From Octopus sinensis (taxonomy: Eukaryota), in contig NC_043008.1 of the NCBI RefSeq assembly GCF_006345805.1, positions 16,306,001 through 16,370,000 on the forward strand: 64,000 nucleotides of DNA. The letters are read 5' to 3'. How positions within the stretch are numbered: the stretch's first letter is position 1; each line of letters starts with the position of its first letter. Below the pieces are notes generated by a model, which saw only the letters and a list, made by a program, of their open reading frames with translations, was not told where the DNA came from and made no database searches. This document shows, piece by piece, positions 39,861 through 54,094 of the stretch. Position numbers and translations under genes: made by a program.

Positions 39861-40468
39861 TAAATATTATAAAGCTATGGATTACGAAATACTTTATCAA
39901 TATGTGCGTGATGATGTGTTCGTATATATATATGACTATATATCTGTAAGTGTTTGAATTCATACGTTTTATTTGATATATTATTTTCTAATCTATTTAT
40001 TTATTTGTTTCCGAAAACTCCGTTGAGAATACTCTTCATCTTCTCTTTTACTTTTGATTTATTTCAATATCATTAAAAGTCATTCATAAATACTTAGTCT
40101 GAAGTTATTTAGATAATTATATGATTTTAGCATTTAATTGCTTTTACTAGAATATATGTATTTTCGAGTTTAGTTCTTTATTACATGAAATATATCAGAT
40201 AGCAGTTGCTATTTTTTTTCTTTTTGCCATGGCTGGCAAAGTGAAAGCAGCACTAATTTCCTTCTACAGTTCTTATAAGATTATTTCCTATATGTATAAA
40301 AGCCACACTAGTTCATGAAGTAGTAAAAAGTGGCGAGCTGATCCGAACGCTCAGAACAGGGTCGTTGTCCAGTCTGTAATCCAGAGTCGTTGTGGCGTTG
40401 TCACACACGGTAATAACTTACAGCTATAATTCACACGGAATGGGCTCCTATGGTTTATTTTGTATAAT

Positions 40469-41205
<737 letters not shown>

Positions 41206-41641
41206 TATTATATATTTTTTCACTTTTATGGCGGTAGCGACCAGTGCACAGGAGTCTTCCTCACAGTTGACCATTGTCAAAACGAAGTGACGAAGTTCAG
41301 CAGCATCTACAACATCAACAAGAAAATGGAAAAGAAATGAAGAATAAATATGCATTCTAAAGTATTTGTACTTTTATTTTCTGTGGAGTTATATATAAAA
41401 CGAGTCTAACATTAAACGCAAGGTTTACTCAATACAGCACATGTGTATTAAATTTACAAGGAAAGAATTTTAGTGTCTTTGAACTTTCGGCCCCTTGCCT
41501 TCAACAGAACATACGAGCATTTAATCCCAGCGAAAAATATAACTGAGATTATTTCTCATAAGCATACTTTGGCAGTTCATTAATTAATATAATATATTAG
41601 TTTCTCTGTGTATGAATGTATGTGTCTATCTATCAATTTAT

Positions 41642-41724
<83 letters not shown>

Positions 41725-41734
41725 CCATTGTCTG

Positions 41735-41770
<36 letters not shown>

Positions 41771-41777
41771 GTGTATA

Positions 41778-42090
41778 GGGGCAGGTGCAACTGTGTTGTA
41801 AGAAGCTTGCTTTCCAACCCAACCATATGGATTTGGGTTCAGTCTCATTGGGTGGAACTTTGCGCGAGTGTCTTCCAATATAGCCACAGGCCAACCAAAT
41901 CCATGTGAAGGGCTATGGTACACGGAAATCGAAAAGAATCCCCTCATATATATGTATATAATTATATGTCTGTCTTTGTGTCTGTTTGTCCCCACCACCA
42001 TCGCTTGACAACCGATGCTGGTGTGTGTATATGTTCCTGTATCCTTTGCAGTTCATCAAAAGACACAGATAGGATAAGTACCAGGCGTTT
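41778..42090 (+). mobile_element. SINE family A, diverged
   Basis: Degenerate head and body. Confidence 0.75.
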
Positions 42091-42623
42091 AAATATTCTT
42101 TTATAAACCCCCTTGCAATAGCAATATTCAACTTTTTCTCTTCAAAACGGATTTTCAATGCAAAAGATAATCCACACCAAATCACCCACGGCGTAATATG
42201 CATTATTTTAAAGTATTTGTAAAATCGCCAATGTGAACTTTGACTTCAGTTTCAAATGTCGTATCAAGGATAGGAATACGATGTAGTATATATAATGCTA
42301 TTATTGTTAATTAAGGGTAAGCATTAACAAGTGGAAAATTCAAAGTAGGTATTTGTAAATAGCAAATGTTATATGGGAAAACAATTGGGTAATGAGAATT
42401 TAATGCGTGGCAGCATTCCTATTCATCATATATTTTTACTAAACACACAAGTCCTTGTTAATCCTTCCTATAATAAAGGGCACGTAAACACACACACACA
42501 TACATACATACACATACACAGTACTTATGCACATATACACAAAGAGACAGATACACATACATACATACATACATACAGATAGATAGATTGATAGATAGAA
42601 TGATAATTATAGCTAGACAGATA

Positions 42624-42845
42624 TATTTCTTTATTGCCCACAAGGGGCTAAACATAGAGGGGACAAACAAGGACAGACAAAGGGATTAAGTCGGTTACAT
42701 CGACCTCAGTGCGTAACTGGTACTTAATTTATCGACCCCGAAAGGATGAAAGGCAATGTCGACCTCGGCGGAATTTGAACTCACAACGTAACGGCAGACG
42801 AAATTCGGCTACGCATTTCGCCCGGCGTGCTAACGTTTCTGCCAA
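42624..42845 (-). mobile_element. SINE family C, full-length
   Basis: Near-identical to 31970-32200. Confidence 0.92.
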
Positions 42846-43429
42846 GACAGAGACAAAGATAGATAGAAACAAAGTCGTACATTTATTCCTATCATCCTTG
42901 ACCACCGCCTCTCCATCATCATCATTATCATCATCATTATCATCATCATCGGCATCATCGTCGTTGCTTTCGTCGTCGCCGTGTCTGTCATCGTCCTCAT
43001 TCTACCCATTATCTACATAAAGTTAGTCGTTATTAGGATTATCTATCTTTGGTGATATGTTATGTGGTTCTACCCAAGTCCAAAATCCTCGCCACCCCGA
43101 ACATGAAACTTCAAAAGACATGATAAAGACAGAACAATATGTGAAATATTACTCAAAGCTCAGTTATAGACTCAATACTGAATTGGATTCAAATCAACAC
43201 GATGATAATGCCTAGCTGTAAATATATATATATATTTCTAATTTAAATTTAAAAAAAAGAGAAGTTGCGTTATGAATGAAATAATATTCTGTGCAAATAT
43301 ATTCTGAAATTGCATTGAATATGGCCATAAATATGAAATTTCAATTTTAAAACGATGATAATATAATTTAGAAATATATGTTCAGACTATAAATCAAATT
43401 AAATGTTATTTTTGGAACATTTGTGAAGG

Positions 43430-43430
43430 G

Positions 43431-43482
<52 letters not shown>

Positions 43483-43508
43483 TAATATATGTATACATAC
43501 ATATATAC

Positions 43509-43540
<32 letters not shown>

Positions 43541-43594
43541 GTATGTATATTATATATATATATATATATATCATATATAATATACATATATATA

Positions 43595-43639
<45 letters not shown>

Positions 43640-43755
43640 ATGTATATATATATAGAAAGAGAGAGAGACAGAGAGACAGGGAAACATATATATACATATA
43701 TATGTACACATACTTTCATTCATGCATATATATAAATACATACATACATACATAC

Positions 43756-43787
<32 letters not shown>

Positions 43788-43790
43788 CCA
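43430..43790. repeat. (TA)n/(GA)n compound microsatellite
   Basis: Direct inspection. Confidence 0.95.
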
Positions 43791-45955
43791 TGCATACCAA
43801 AGGTTAATGCACGCTATTACTGAATGTTTTATTGAAAGTAGAGAAGCCTAAATAGATGTCTTGATTGACAATTAGTTGTTGTGCATATCTATGCTTCACT
43901 TGCAGATTACTAGCTAATATAGTCTCAGGAGGAATAGCAGCACAAATAGTCATTCGAATACAACATTAGGGAGGGAGTGTGTCGATAGGAATGTTATCAT
44001 TGAAATTTTTATTTACATATTCAATTTTCGAACGTCATCTCTTGTAATTGAGTTACTTTGCAATATTTTATATTCAATATAATTTGATATTATTTACAAA
44101 ATGAATTGGGCAACACATTGGGAATATGTTTAAGGGCTAAACCTGTTTAGATGGAAATGACATACTACAAGAAACTCTGTGTGTCTTTGTATGTTTAATC
44201 AGTGCTTGTCTTTGTTTAGGGTGTCTTCGACCTCATCGTGTTCGACATACCAAAAATCCCAGAGATAAATACCTCATATGATATCTCAATTGATATAGGG
44301 CAAATGTATCCTCAAATATCCTCCTTATTGCACCCGATTTAATACTCACTCTTCTATGCATACATTTGCTCTCATCTCTTTATGGCACTTCTACTGACAC
44401 TACAATCCAAAATGGAAGTTGCTTCAAATCGATTGGTCCTCTTCTACAACCTTCATTTACTCATTCTCTGCTCAACTGTTCTTCACACGATTGTAATCGA
44501 GCTTGAGTCCATCCCTGTAGGTTGCTCTGATAGCTATATATCTACCTTTTGTATCAACGGCGCCGGCTTTCTGGAATTTAATAGGTTATCCCTGTTTATT
44601 TGTTCAATTTTGGTTTGCTGCAGAACTCAACATAAATGTATTCATGAACACGTTAGAGTCATCAGCTTCGCCGACCTTGGATGGTCTGCATATACTACAA
44701 TGGACTCAATACATTTACTGTTAACCAAACATTGATGCATTATATATATTTTAGAGAGATGATCTAATTAGAATTCAGACGAATTTGTAAATCATACCAC
44801 ACATTTGTAAATATTTATGTAATAATGGAATAAACTTCATACTTTTCTATTGTATATTACCTGCATCTGGTGACGATAAATAAATTCTGGTATTCTGATT
44901 AAAAATGTCAATGAGCTATGTTATGTGCATATGACAATAAAAGCCGTAAGAATAATAGGATATGGAAATATATAATGAGTATGCTTCTTTAAATATTGAG
45001 AAAGAAATGTTCTCTATGATTTTGTTTTTTTTTTTTGGCTTATGTTGTGGTAGATCTTGACTGTGCTTTTTGTTGATAATAATTTCTTATATTTTCAACC
45101 GGAGATTAGCTTATGTGTCCCTTTGAATGAGAACGGCAATAATATGTGGAAAAGAACATGTTAAGTTTTATCGTTTTTGATCTATTCGTACTGAAATCAA
45201 CAACGCTGTATTTATGCCGAGCAGAAAGCTTATGTTTTGAAAATACCAATAACGTAAATGTTTGTGCAGTTGCTAGAATTTACCTGTCATTATTAATGAT
45301 TGGAATGACTACACATCCTATGTTGTATAAGCTTAAAAGCAGAGCAAAAGCATGGATTATGTCGATAAAGATGTATTTCCTTCCAGTAAATATTCAAAAG
45401 GTCGAAAGTGAAAATAAATTTAGATGTATTACACTAGACAGAAAATTTGTGCGATACGACACTGTTTGTTATAATTCTTGTTAGACGCTAAGAAGAACAG
45501 AAATAATTTATTGTTGGGTATGGAGGCATATTTTCTAGGTTTCGTGTTTCAGGTGTAGCCCATTGGACATTGTAAAACATAGCCACTACTGTACTTTACA
45601 CATACGCACACACACTCACACATGCACACATACAAATTGACACACACATACACACATTCTATGTCTCTCTCTCTCGCTATCATATACACACGCACACACG
45701 AAAAAGTTATACATATGATACAGCTACACATACAACAAAGCCCATCCCCACAGGAGCATCACATCAACAATACACACTTTCCCCACTTCAAGATAACTCT
45801 CGCCGGCTTCACAACATAGCCAACCAAGGGACATAACTCCACGTCTCATCACCTGGCCCCATTTTTGTTCCACCACTGCTTTCATAACAATCGCTGACCC
45901 GTTGTGCTAATCCTTCTCCGGCAAAAGAGAGCAGCCATCATATTCCCTTCTAAAA

Positions 45956-46049
45956 CGGCTAAATCTGATGAACGTAAAGTTATATAACCGGTTTGTTATC
46001 TGACACTCCAATGTATTCTCTACGCGAAACCGATTGGTAAGACCAGCCG
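45956..46049 (+). ncRNA. Type I hammerhead-like relic
   Basis: CGGCT-AAAT-CTGATGA-ACGTAAAG...CTCTACGC-GAAA-CCGATTGG-TA-AGACC-AGCCG; core intact, helix III ACC/GGT, helix II has two mismatches, helix I only distal. Confidence 0.5.
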
Positions 46050-46078
46050 TAATAGATATTTAATACAATACATTATAT

Positions 46079-46126
<48 letters not shown>

Positions 46127-46129
46127 ATG

Positions 46130-46345
46130 TCTCCTTGTGTCTGTGTTTGTTCCCACACCGAAGTTGGTGTGTTTACGTCCTCGTGGATTACCGGTTCAAC
46201 TTTAAGAGACCCATAGGTTATAATAAGTACTAGACTTAAATAAGTACTAGAATAAATCCTGGGGTCGATGACTTCGACTAAGACCGTTTAAGGCGGTGCT
46301 GCAGCATGACTGCAGTCAAATTACTGAAACAGGAATAAATAAAAA
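46130..46345 (+). mobile_element. SINE family A, 3' half, diverged
   Basis: GGTGTGTTTACGTCC...CCTGGGGTCGATG...GGCGGTGCTGCAGCATG. Confidence 0.75.
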
Positions 46346-46354
46346 AAAGAATAT

Positions 46355-46356
46355 GT

Positions 46357-46392
<36 letters not shown>

Positions 46393-46428
46393 TGTTGTTG
46401 TTGTTGTTGTTGTTGCTCCTGCTACTGC

Positions 46429-46459
<31 letters not shown>

Positions 46460-46460
46460 G
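46355..46460. repeat. (GTT)n tract
   Basis: Direct inspection. Confidence 0.95.
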
Positions 46461-46943
46461 CGAATAGTAAAAGTAGTTCATTTATTAATCTTACCACTAC
46501 TACTACAAATACTAACAAGAAAGTACTACTGAAACTGAGGCTGCACTTACTGTAACGATGTTGATGCGGTTCTGTTGTGACTACCGTTTTGTTATGAATA
46601 AAATAATTGTGCTTATAAAAAAGGGCCCCTTAGGCAACTGTGTGAATAATAACCATAGAAAACAATGGTAAACTTTCTTGATCTTTGATATTTTCAGCAA
46701 TGTACAAGTGGATGAAGCTAATATAAAAAAAATTCTTTCATATTTTATATTGACCTTAATGATTAAATGCCGTACTTTGACCTAACTGCCCATTGGATAT
46801 TTTATGAATGTCCATATTTCATTTCAAAATTAATATTTATTTCGTTTATTTTATTTTTCGATTTTCGCAAATGTCAAAATAATATTAACTGCCGTTAAAT
46901 ATAGCTTATACACACGTACGCGCACAAACACATACACTCACGC

Positions 46944-47018
<75 letters not shown>

Positions 47019-47077
47019 GTATATGTACGCATATATAAATACGTACAGACACACACACACCACACACACATATATAT

Positions 47078-47112
<35 letters not shown>

Positions 47113-47816
47113 GGATGCATATATATGTATACAACAATGTGTATATTAATACACATACATGATTAGTATTGTGGTAGAGTTTGTACGCAGCTCTTAAAAT
47201 TTCCATAATATAATCATATGTCTAACTTTTGTTTATATGTGTATGAATATATATATATCTATATTTATATTCTTATCTTTCTATTAATCTAAATCTAAAT
47301 CTCTCTCACCGTATATATATATATATAAAGAGAGAGAGAGAGAACGAAAGAAAGAAAGAGAGAGTGAGGGAGAAAGAGAAGGAAATACTTATATAAATAT
47401 ATGAGCTTGTATATGATTTTGTATGTATGTCTATGCTTTCCGGTTTTTTTTTTATCTTGACTATTATCATCATGGATTTGACGAGGTTCGAATGGGCGGC
47501 GAAGTTCATGGAAACAGCTCCTCCTCTTCTGACAGGCTTATAGACATGTATATGTCGGTATCTAATCTTGTATATGTACATACGTAAGTATATTTATATT
47601 TATCCACTGATAGACATTGTTTTAGTTTTGTGACAAAAACTGTCTTTTTACGCACTTACTTTATCAAGGAATTTTAACGTTAATGTATATCGAGAAAGAA
47701 TTAAGATTTTAATTTTTGCATGCTTCAGCATTTAACCAAACAAATAATATTTGTCATTTCCTCATTTTGATATGTTATTCCTTATATCAATGACTCCACT
47801 CCTTTCATAGGGCAAG

Positions 47817-47824
47817 TGACGTCA
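47817..47824. promoter_or_regulatory. Palindromic CRE/ATF site within a CpG-richer unique stretch
   Basis: TGACGTCA; a single 8-mer that could be chance. Confidence 0.2.
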
Positions 47825-48446
47825 GAATTAAGGTGGTTCATTTATGCCGTATAGATTGACAGACAAATTTTACTTGAAATTTGACATCCTGTAGAACTGA
47901 AACAATCTACTCGCGTAGTTCTCACGAACCGACACGGGACACCATATTTTTGCATTCATCGAAACGCCGAGTCAAGTAAAGACCCGCTGTTCATGTAGCA
48001 TTGTAATCAGCAGGAATGCTGGCACATTGACATAATTGGTCACCAATAATAAAGACTAACTAGAGATAAAACGCTAGAGAGAGAGCGCGAGAGAAAGAGA
48101 GAAAGAGGAGAAACAGAGAGAGAGAGAGACACACTGACTGACTGTGTGTGCGTTTCCGAGTGAACTCCGAAACATCTTTGATTTGCACCTGTTTCGAGTA
48201 CAAATCAAAATTGATGTGTACAGAGAAATCAGTACACACAGCTACATTAGCTACGCACATACACATACGTACACTCACACACAAGCGCACATGCGCAGAG
48301 GGATACACACACGCCACCCTCAACAGATACGTATAAATATATACACAAGCACGTCATGACACACATGCACATGAAAAGTCATATACACATACATATATTT
48401 ATATACCCAATCCTATAAATACATACATGTACTCATATACCTACAA

Positions 48447-48535
<89 letters not shown>

Positions 48536-48539
<4 letters not shown>

Positions 48540-48857
48540 GATAAACATACATATGTAGCAAAACATTAAAACGCTGAGATTTGAAATCAGCTGTCGCTAT
48601 AGATAAATTTTAAAACTGACATATCACCAGCAGTGAGAGAGATGGATCGCAGACACAATAGCATACATAGCTATGAATAATTAATTTGTACAAAGTGCAA
48701 GAATGCTTAACAAGCATCCATCTGCTAGAAATAAGAGCTAAATTCTTACATTTATCCATCGTACCGCAAGATAATAGAGAAAAACATTATGCAAGGAAAA
48801 CAGGATTAAAACATGTAACAGCACATACATACAAACACACACATACACACACACACA

Positions 48858-48937
<80 letters not shown>

Positions 48938-49250
48938 GATAAACATACATATGTAGCAAAACATTAAAACGCTGAGATTTGAAATCAGCTGTCGCTATAG
49001 ATAAATTTTAAAACTGACATATCACCAGCAGTGAGAGAGATGGATCGCAGACACAATAGCATTACATAGCTATGAATAATTAATTTGTACAAAGTGCAAG
49101 AATGCTTAACAAGCATCCATCTGCTAGAAATAAGAGCTAAATTCTTACATTTATCCATCGTACCGCAAGATAATAGAGAAAAACATTATGCAAGGAAAAC
49201 AGGATTAAAACATGTAACAGCACATACATACAAACACACACATACACACA
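48536..49250. repeat. Tandem duplication, ~399-bp period (315 bp unique plus microsatellite)
   Basis: 48536-48850 and 48934-49250 identical by eye except one 1-nt indel. Confidence 0.95.
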
Positions 49251-49251
49251 C

Positions 49252-49288
<37 letters not shown>

Positions 49289-49313
49289 TATATATATATA
49301 TAATATATATATA

Positions 49314-49361
<48 letters not shown>

Positions 49362-49376
49362 TATATATATATATAC

Positions 49377-49407
<31 letters not shown>

Positions 49408-49617
49408 CCTATTTATATATATATATATTTACCTATTTATATGGATTGTTATATATATACAATTTGTTATATATATATATATATATACATATATACTTAT
49501 ATACACATATATACTTACACATGCATATATATACACAAACATTTATGCATAACTATGTACATACATTCGTATACATGCATACGAAAACAAACATATGCAC
49601 GTATATACAAGCACTCA

Positions 49618-50470
49618 CGCATCAAAATAGCTAACTATCTTAATATTCAAGATCGAATGGATCTCTCTCAACCTATAATACCAAGGATTAACCTAAATGA
49701 CCATAAATCATATTTCAAAGAATATCTTACCGTAAGACTGATTTACCCTTCCAAACCTGATATGGGGAGATCGAGTAAAAAATTTTAGATAGCATTATTC
49801 CTTCTTTAAAAATCTATTATTTCTCTTAATCTCTGGACAGATTCTTAAAATATGATAGACCGCTTTGTAAGCTTAACGAAATAAAAACAAATAGAACATG
49901 AAATTTTTACAAAATTATATTAATAGCTATTATTTGTCAGTTAATCCTACCCTTAATGAAGTTCTCATTTTTGCTATGGATAATGCAAATATTGACAAAA
50001 TGAAATTGATATAATTCTACATGCCCAGAAAACTACTATCAACTTTGGAAATATATTACGGACTAGCAAAATTAAACCTGACAATTTTTGATATCACTAT
50101 CGGATCTAGTGACTCTGCTCCGAGGTCAAAGATCTTGCAGGTTTGTATTTATTATACAATATCAAAGTACAAACGCTTCTGTTCAATGTAGTCTATATGG
50201 ACACGTTTCTAATTTTTCTTATATAAACATATTAATGTAGATATAAAACGTAACAAAAGAAAAGTATCATTCTTTAAAAATTTCGGACTTTCAATTACTG
50301 TGGGATGAAATCTTAAAACATCTGTTTACTTAGATGTCGCTTTGGATTCAAACTCTGGTTTGTGTAAAACATTTTAGAAGATAAATCAAAATCTTCAATA
50401 AAATAAAAGACAATCATCCACGAGCAATAAAGTATTCAACTGTAAAAATCATTTCCCGTCTTCTAAAACT
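49618..50470 (+). mobile_element. Degenerate Penelope-like element reverse transcriptase
   Basis: RINLNDHKSYF...VRLIYPSKPDMGRSSK; FDITIGSSDSA (~50087-50119); NLKTSVYLDVALDSNSG; many frameshifts and stops. Confidence 0.8.
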
Positions 50471-50476
50471 TCAGCA

Positions 50477-50540
<64 letters not shown>

Positions 50541-50560
50541 TAATAGTAAAAATAATAATA

Positions 50561-50598
<38 letters not shown>

Positions 50599-50625
50599 TA
50601 ATAATAATAATAATATAATAGTAAA

Positions 50626-50662
<37 letters not shown>

Positions 50663-50737
50663 TAATAATAATAATAATGATAATAATAATAATAATAATA
50701 ATAATATAATAATAATAATAATAATGATAACAATAAC

Positions 50738-50786
<49 letters not shown>
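50477..50786. repeat. (AAT)n tract
   Basis: ~310 bp. Confidence 0.97.
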
Positions 50787-51340
50787 GCCCTGAAGCAGTA
50801 CCAGGCAGTGGCTCTCATGGCTTCTGATCTTAACTGATTGGAAGTGTTATCATGTACATTGTTTTGTCTTGGTATAAAAGATGGGCTACAGCAAATATTC
50901 TGCTCAGTACCACAGATTTGCTTGTCAGTTGTTTGACCTTAACCAGTTGAGCATGTCCCTTAGTGGCTGACGATATGTGCATCTCTGATCACGAGCAGAA
51001 GTAGTGGGGGAGCATCATAGCCATGTGTTGAGAGTGATTCTTTGGGGTTTGAATAGTTCACCTCTGGAAACATGGGTGGTTCTTTCAACATCCTTAAACA
51101 ATCCTTATTCAGGGACCGTTTGAGCGGGATGGGCTACTCAACCTGAAGAAAATTCTAACTGGGCCCCACCTGCAAGGTCATGTGCTGTTTATCTTGATAT
51201 GAGATCACCATGTCGCGCACATATGGTTGTGATGCATGTGCCTGGTGTACCTTTATCAGACGGGTAGTCATGATGGGTATATCGGGCTTCGTATATTTTA
51301 CCCCAGTGTCACTTTGATGGCATGAACTACTCTCTCACTC
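50787..51340 (+). mobile_element. Family D element, complete (554 bp), flanked by (AAT)n on both sides
   Basis: Non-coding, no TIRs, no obvious tRNA head; homologous to 34948-35631. Confidence 0.85.
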
Positions 51341-51404
<64 letters not shown>

Positions 51405-51714
51405 TAATAATAATAATATCTGACTAGATAACAACCGACGACACAGAAACATCAATGCAGGATAACTGAAAAATAACTCGGAAAACTGTAATATCTACAA
51501 TCTCTAGTGAATATTATAAATTTTCCTCTAAATAAGTTTAGAAACTTAAATATCTACAGTTTTCGAACGCACAAACGATCATCTTTAAAAACTGTCATAT
51601 CTACAACTTCTGTGAATACCTATCCTTTCCTTTCTCCCTGAGTATTTGGAAATGTAAACATTCTTTTTATTGTAAGAACCCTACAGTTTTATCTGTTCGG
51701 ACATATAAACGATC

Positions 51715-52015
51715 TTTGCCTTTCATCCTTTCGGAGGCCGATTAAATAAGTACCAGTTATGCACTGGAGTCGATCTAATCGACTTAATCCAGGTGTCTGT
51801 CCTTGTTTGTCCTTTCTGTGTTGTGCCCCTTGTGGGTAGTAAAGAAATAGGTATTTTACCTGTCCTTCTGATCTGAGTTCAAATTCCGCCGAGTTCGACT
51901 TTGCCTTTCATCCTTTAGGGGTCGATAACCTTAGTACCAGTTGCGTACTGGAGTCGGTGTAATAGACTGGCCCCCTCTCCCAAAATTTCGGGCCTTGTGC
52001 CTAGTGTAGAAAAGA
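51715..52015 (+). mobile_element. Two SINE family C fragments with different tails
   Basis: 51715-51850 has the TTAATCC..CTGTCCTTG tail; 51868-52015 has the GGCCCCCTCTCCCAAAATTTC..CCTTGTGCCT tail. Confidence 0.85.
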
Positions 52016-53324
52016 GTATAATGCCAAGTTCAAAATTATATAAAGCCACACTGGAACTGACAATTAGTAGCTAGTGTCACGGTTGGATCTGGTTCAGTTG
52101 GAAGTTAACCCAATCACAGGTGGCGTGGGCTAAGCAATAACAGTGATAACGATTACAGAACAGAAGACGGTAACAGGGAAGCAAAGAGCTTTATCAAAAA
52201 ATTATATGTAGTAATTGGAAAACAACAGAAGGAAAGCGCTTGAGAATCGACTGTTTTGGTGAAAGCCACCATATTTTGGACAAACATATCACTCACAAAC
52301 TATGCATAAACTGGATTAGAAGATCTTAGGTAATACTTCTTTTAGTATATTTACTCTGAGAAATACATATCAACGAAGTTTGAAACAGATAAAAGGAAGA
52401 AGTTCCAGCTGTCGAAGGAAGAGATGTCTTCAGAATTTTATGTTGTGAGAAACAGATGTTTTTGTTTTCTGCTGCGTAAGTTGTGGCAGCATGTTGCTGG
52501 CTAACATATTCATAAAATAAACGTGGAAGATATATAAATGGGAAATATATGAGCGACATCTCCATGTACGGTAAGTTTCAATTGTTCCCAGTCATTGCTT
52601 TACAGACGATGATAAATGAAGACGCTTGATGCACATTAGAACTGATGTGGATCTTTCTATATGAGTTATTAAAGGATGGAAATGAAGCTGAAGCTAATGA
52701 AACCTGGATTTAGAACTTGCTTCCGTTGTTATAAATCACGTTGAAATTTTGTATAATAGTTTGTTCTATATCGCAACCAATGAAGGGATTTCAAATAATC
52801 AGCCACTGCTTCACATCATTCATATTAGAAGGTAACAGTGACATCACAGGTTCTGATTCATTCATGGTTGAACTAATATTGCAAGGGACTTCGATCAAAG
52901 AATGTTTCTGTATGTACGATTTTCAGAATATACAAGAGAGCCAATATATGAGTGTATATATTCAAGTGTCAAAAACAAACTAAAATATGTAATTTTTAAA
53001 TTTAAAAAAAGACAGATAATGGCAAGGAGTCTTTCAGTTTTATACATTTATAAAATTATACATTTTACGCATAACTGTACGTTTGAGTAGTTATATTAGA
53101 AAATATATTGTGAGGATCTTAATTAGAGACAGGGTGATTTTCAAATAATTTCTATAGTTCCTGTTTTCAGTAAAAGAGTAAAGAGTGACTTTTTTTTATT
53201 TTATATTATGGTGAAGTGATGATTTTAACTCAGCACAGACTATATAAATGCAAGACTAAATCTAGTGCATTGTGTTCCGAGTAAACTTCGAAGTGGCACT
53301 GTCAAAAACATTCTTGTATAAGAA

Positions 53325-53450
<126 letters not shown>

Positions 53451-53585
53451 ATATATGTATGACCAATTATCTATCTAAGTGAATTCTCAAACCGTGATCT
53501 TGTGCTGGTATACAATGTGTCTTACAATTGGAAGAATTACAAGTGTTGTGTACACATACACACATATATATATAGATCATTAGAT

Positions 53586-53634
<49 letters not shown>

Positions 53635-53683
53635 ACACATATATATATATATTATATATATATATATATATCGCCATGATAGA

Positions 53684-53857
53684 TAGTTAGCCACTACACA
53701 CATTTTTCTCTCCTTGTTTTTTCTGTGTCCCTTTCTGTAGAAGAGCGTAGGCTCGAAACGTAAACGACTTTTTCTATTCCTGAGCGTTATACTAATACAT
53801 CTGTTTGTTTTGTACACCATCTGTCTTCGACTTTTGTTTTTTTTCGTAAATTCTGCC

Positions 53858-53860
<3 letters not shown>
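53684..53860 (+). mobile_element. PLE pLTR-like repeat (family E) between (TA)n tracts
   Basis: Homologous to 14141-14330. Confidence 0.65.
53727..53768 (+). ncRNA. Minimal type I hammerhead-like motif (A6U variant)
   Basis: GTCCCTTT-CTGTAGA-A-GAGC GTAG GCTC-GAAA-CGTA-AACGAC; palindromic ACGT helix III. Confidence 0.5.
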
Positions 53861-53895
<35 letters not shown>

Positions 53896-54028
53896 ATATA
53901 AATATTTGTTATATGTATATATACACACATACATACTTACACACACACATATATAGGTATACAGTCATGTACACATATATATATACACATATACATATGG
54001 ATGTATACACACACACACACACACACAC

Positions 54029-54094
<66 letters not shown>

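Noticed and set aside
44220-44735. Possible Tc1-like N-terminal remnant on the minus strand (ADHPRS...)
   Set aside because: Only one weak motif, with no catalytic DDE segments or TIRs found.
50950-51160. CTGACGA and CTGAAGA heptamers inside family D as ribozyme cores
   Set aside because: No helix II followed by GAAA and no cleavage-site geometry could be built.
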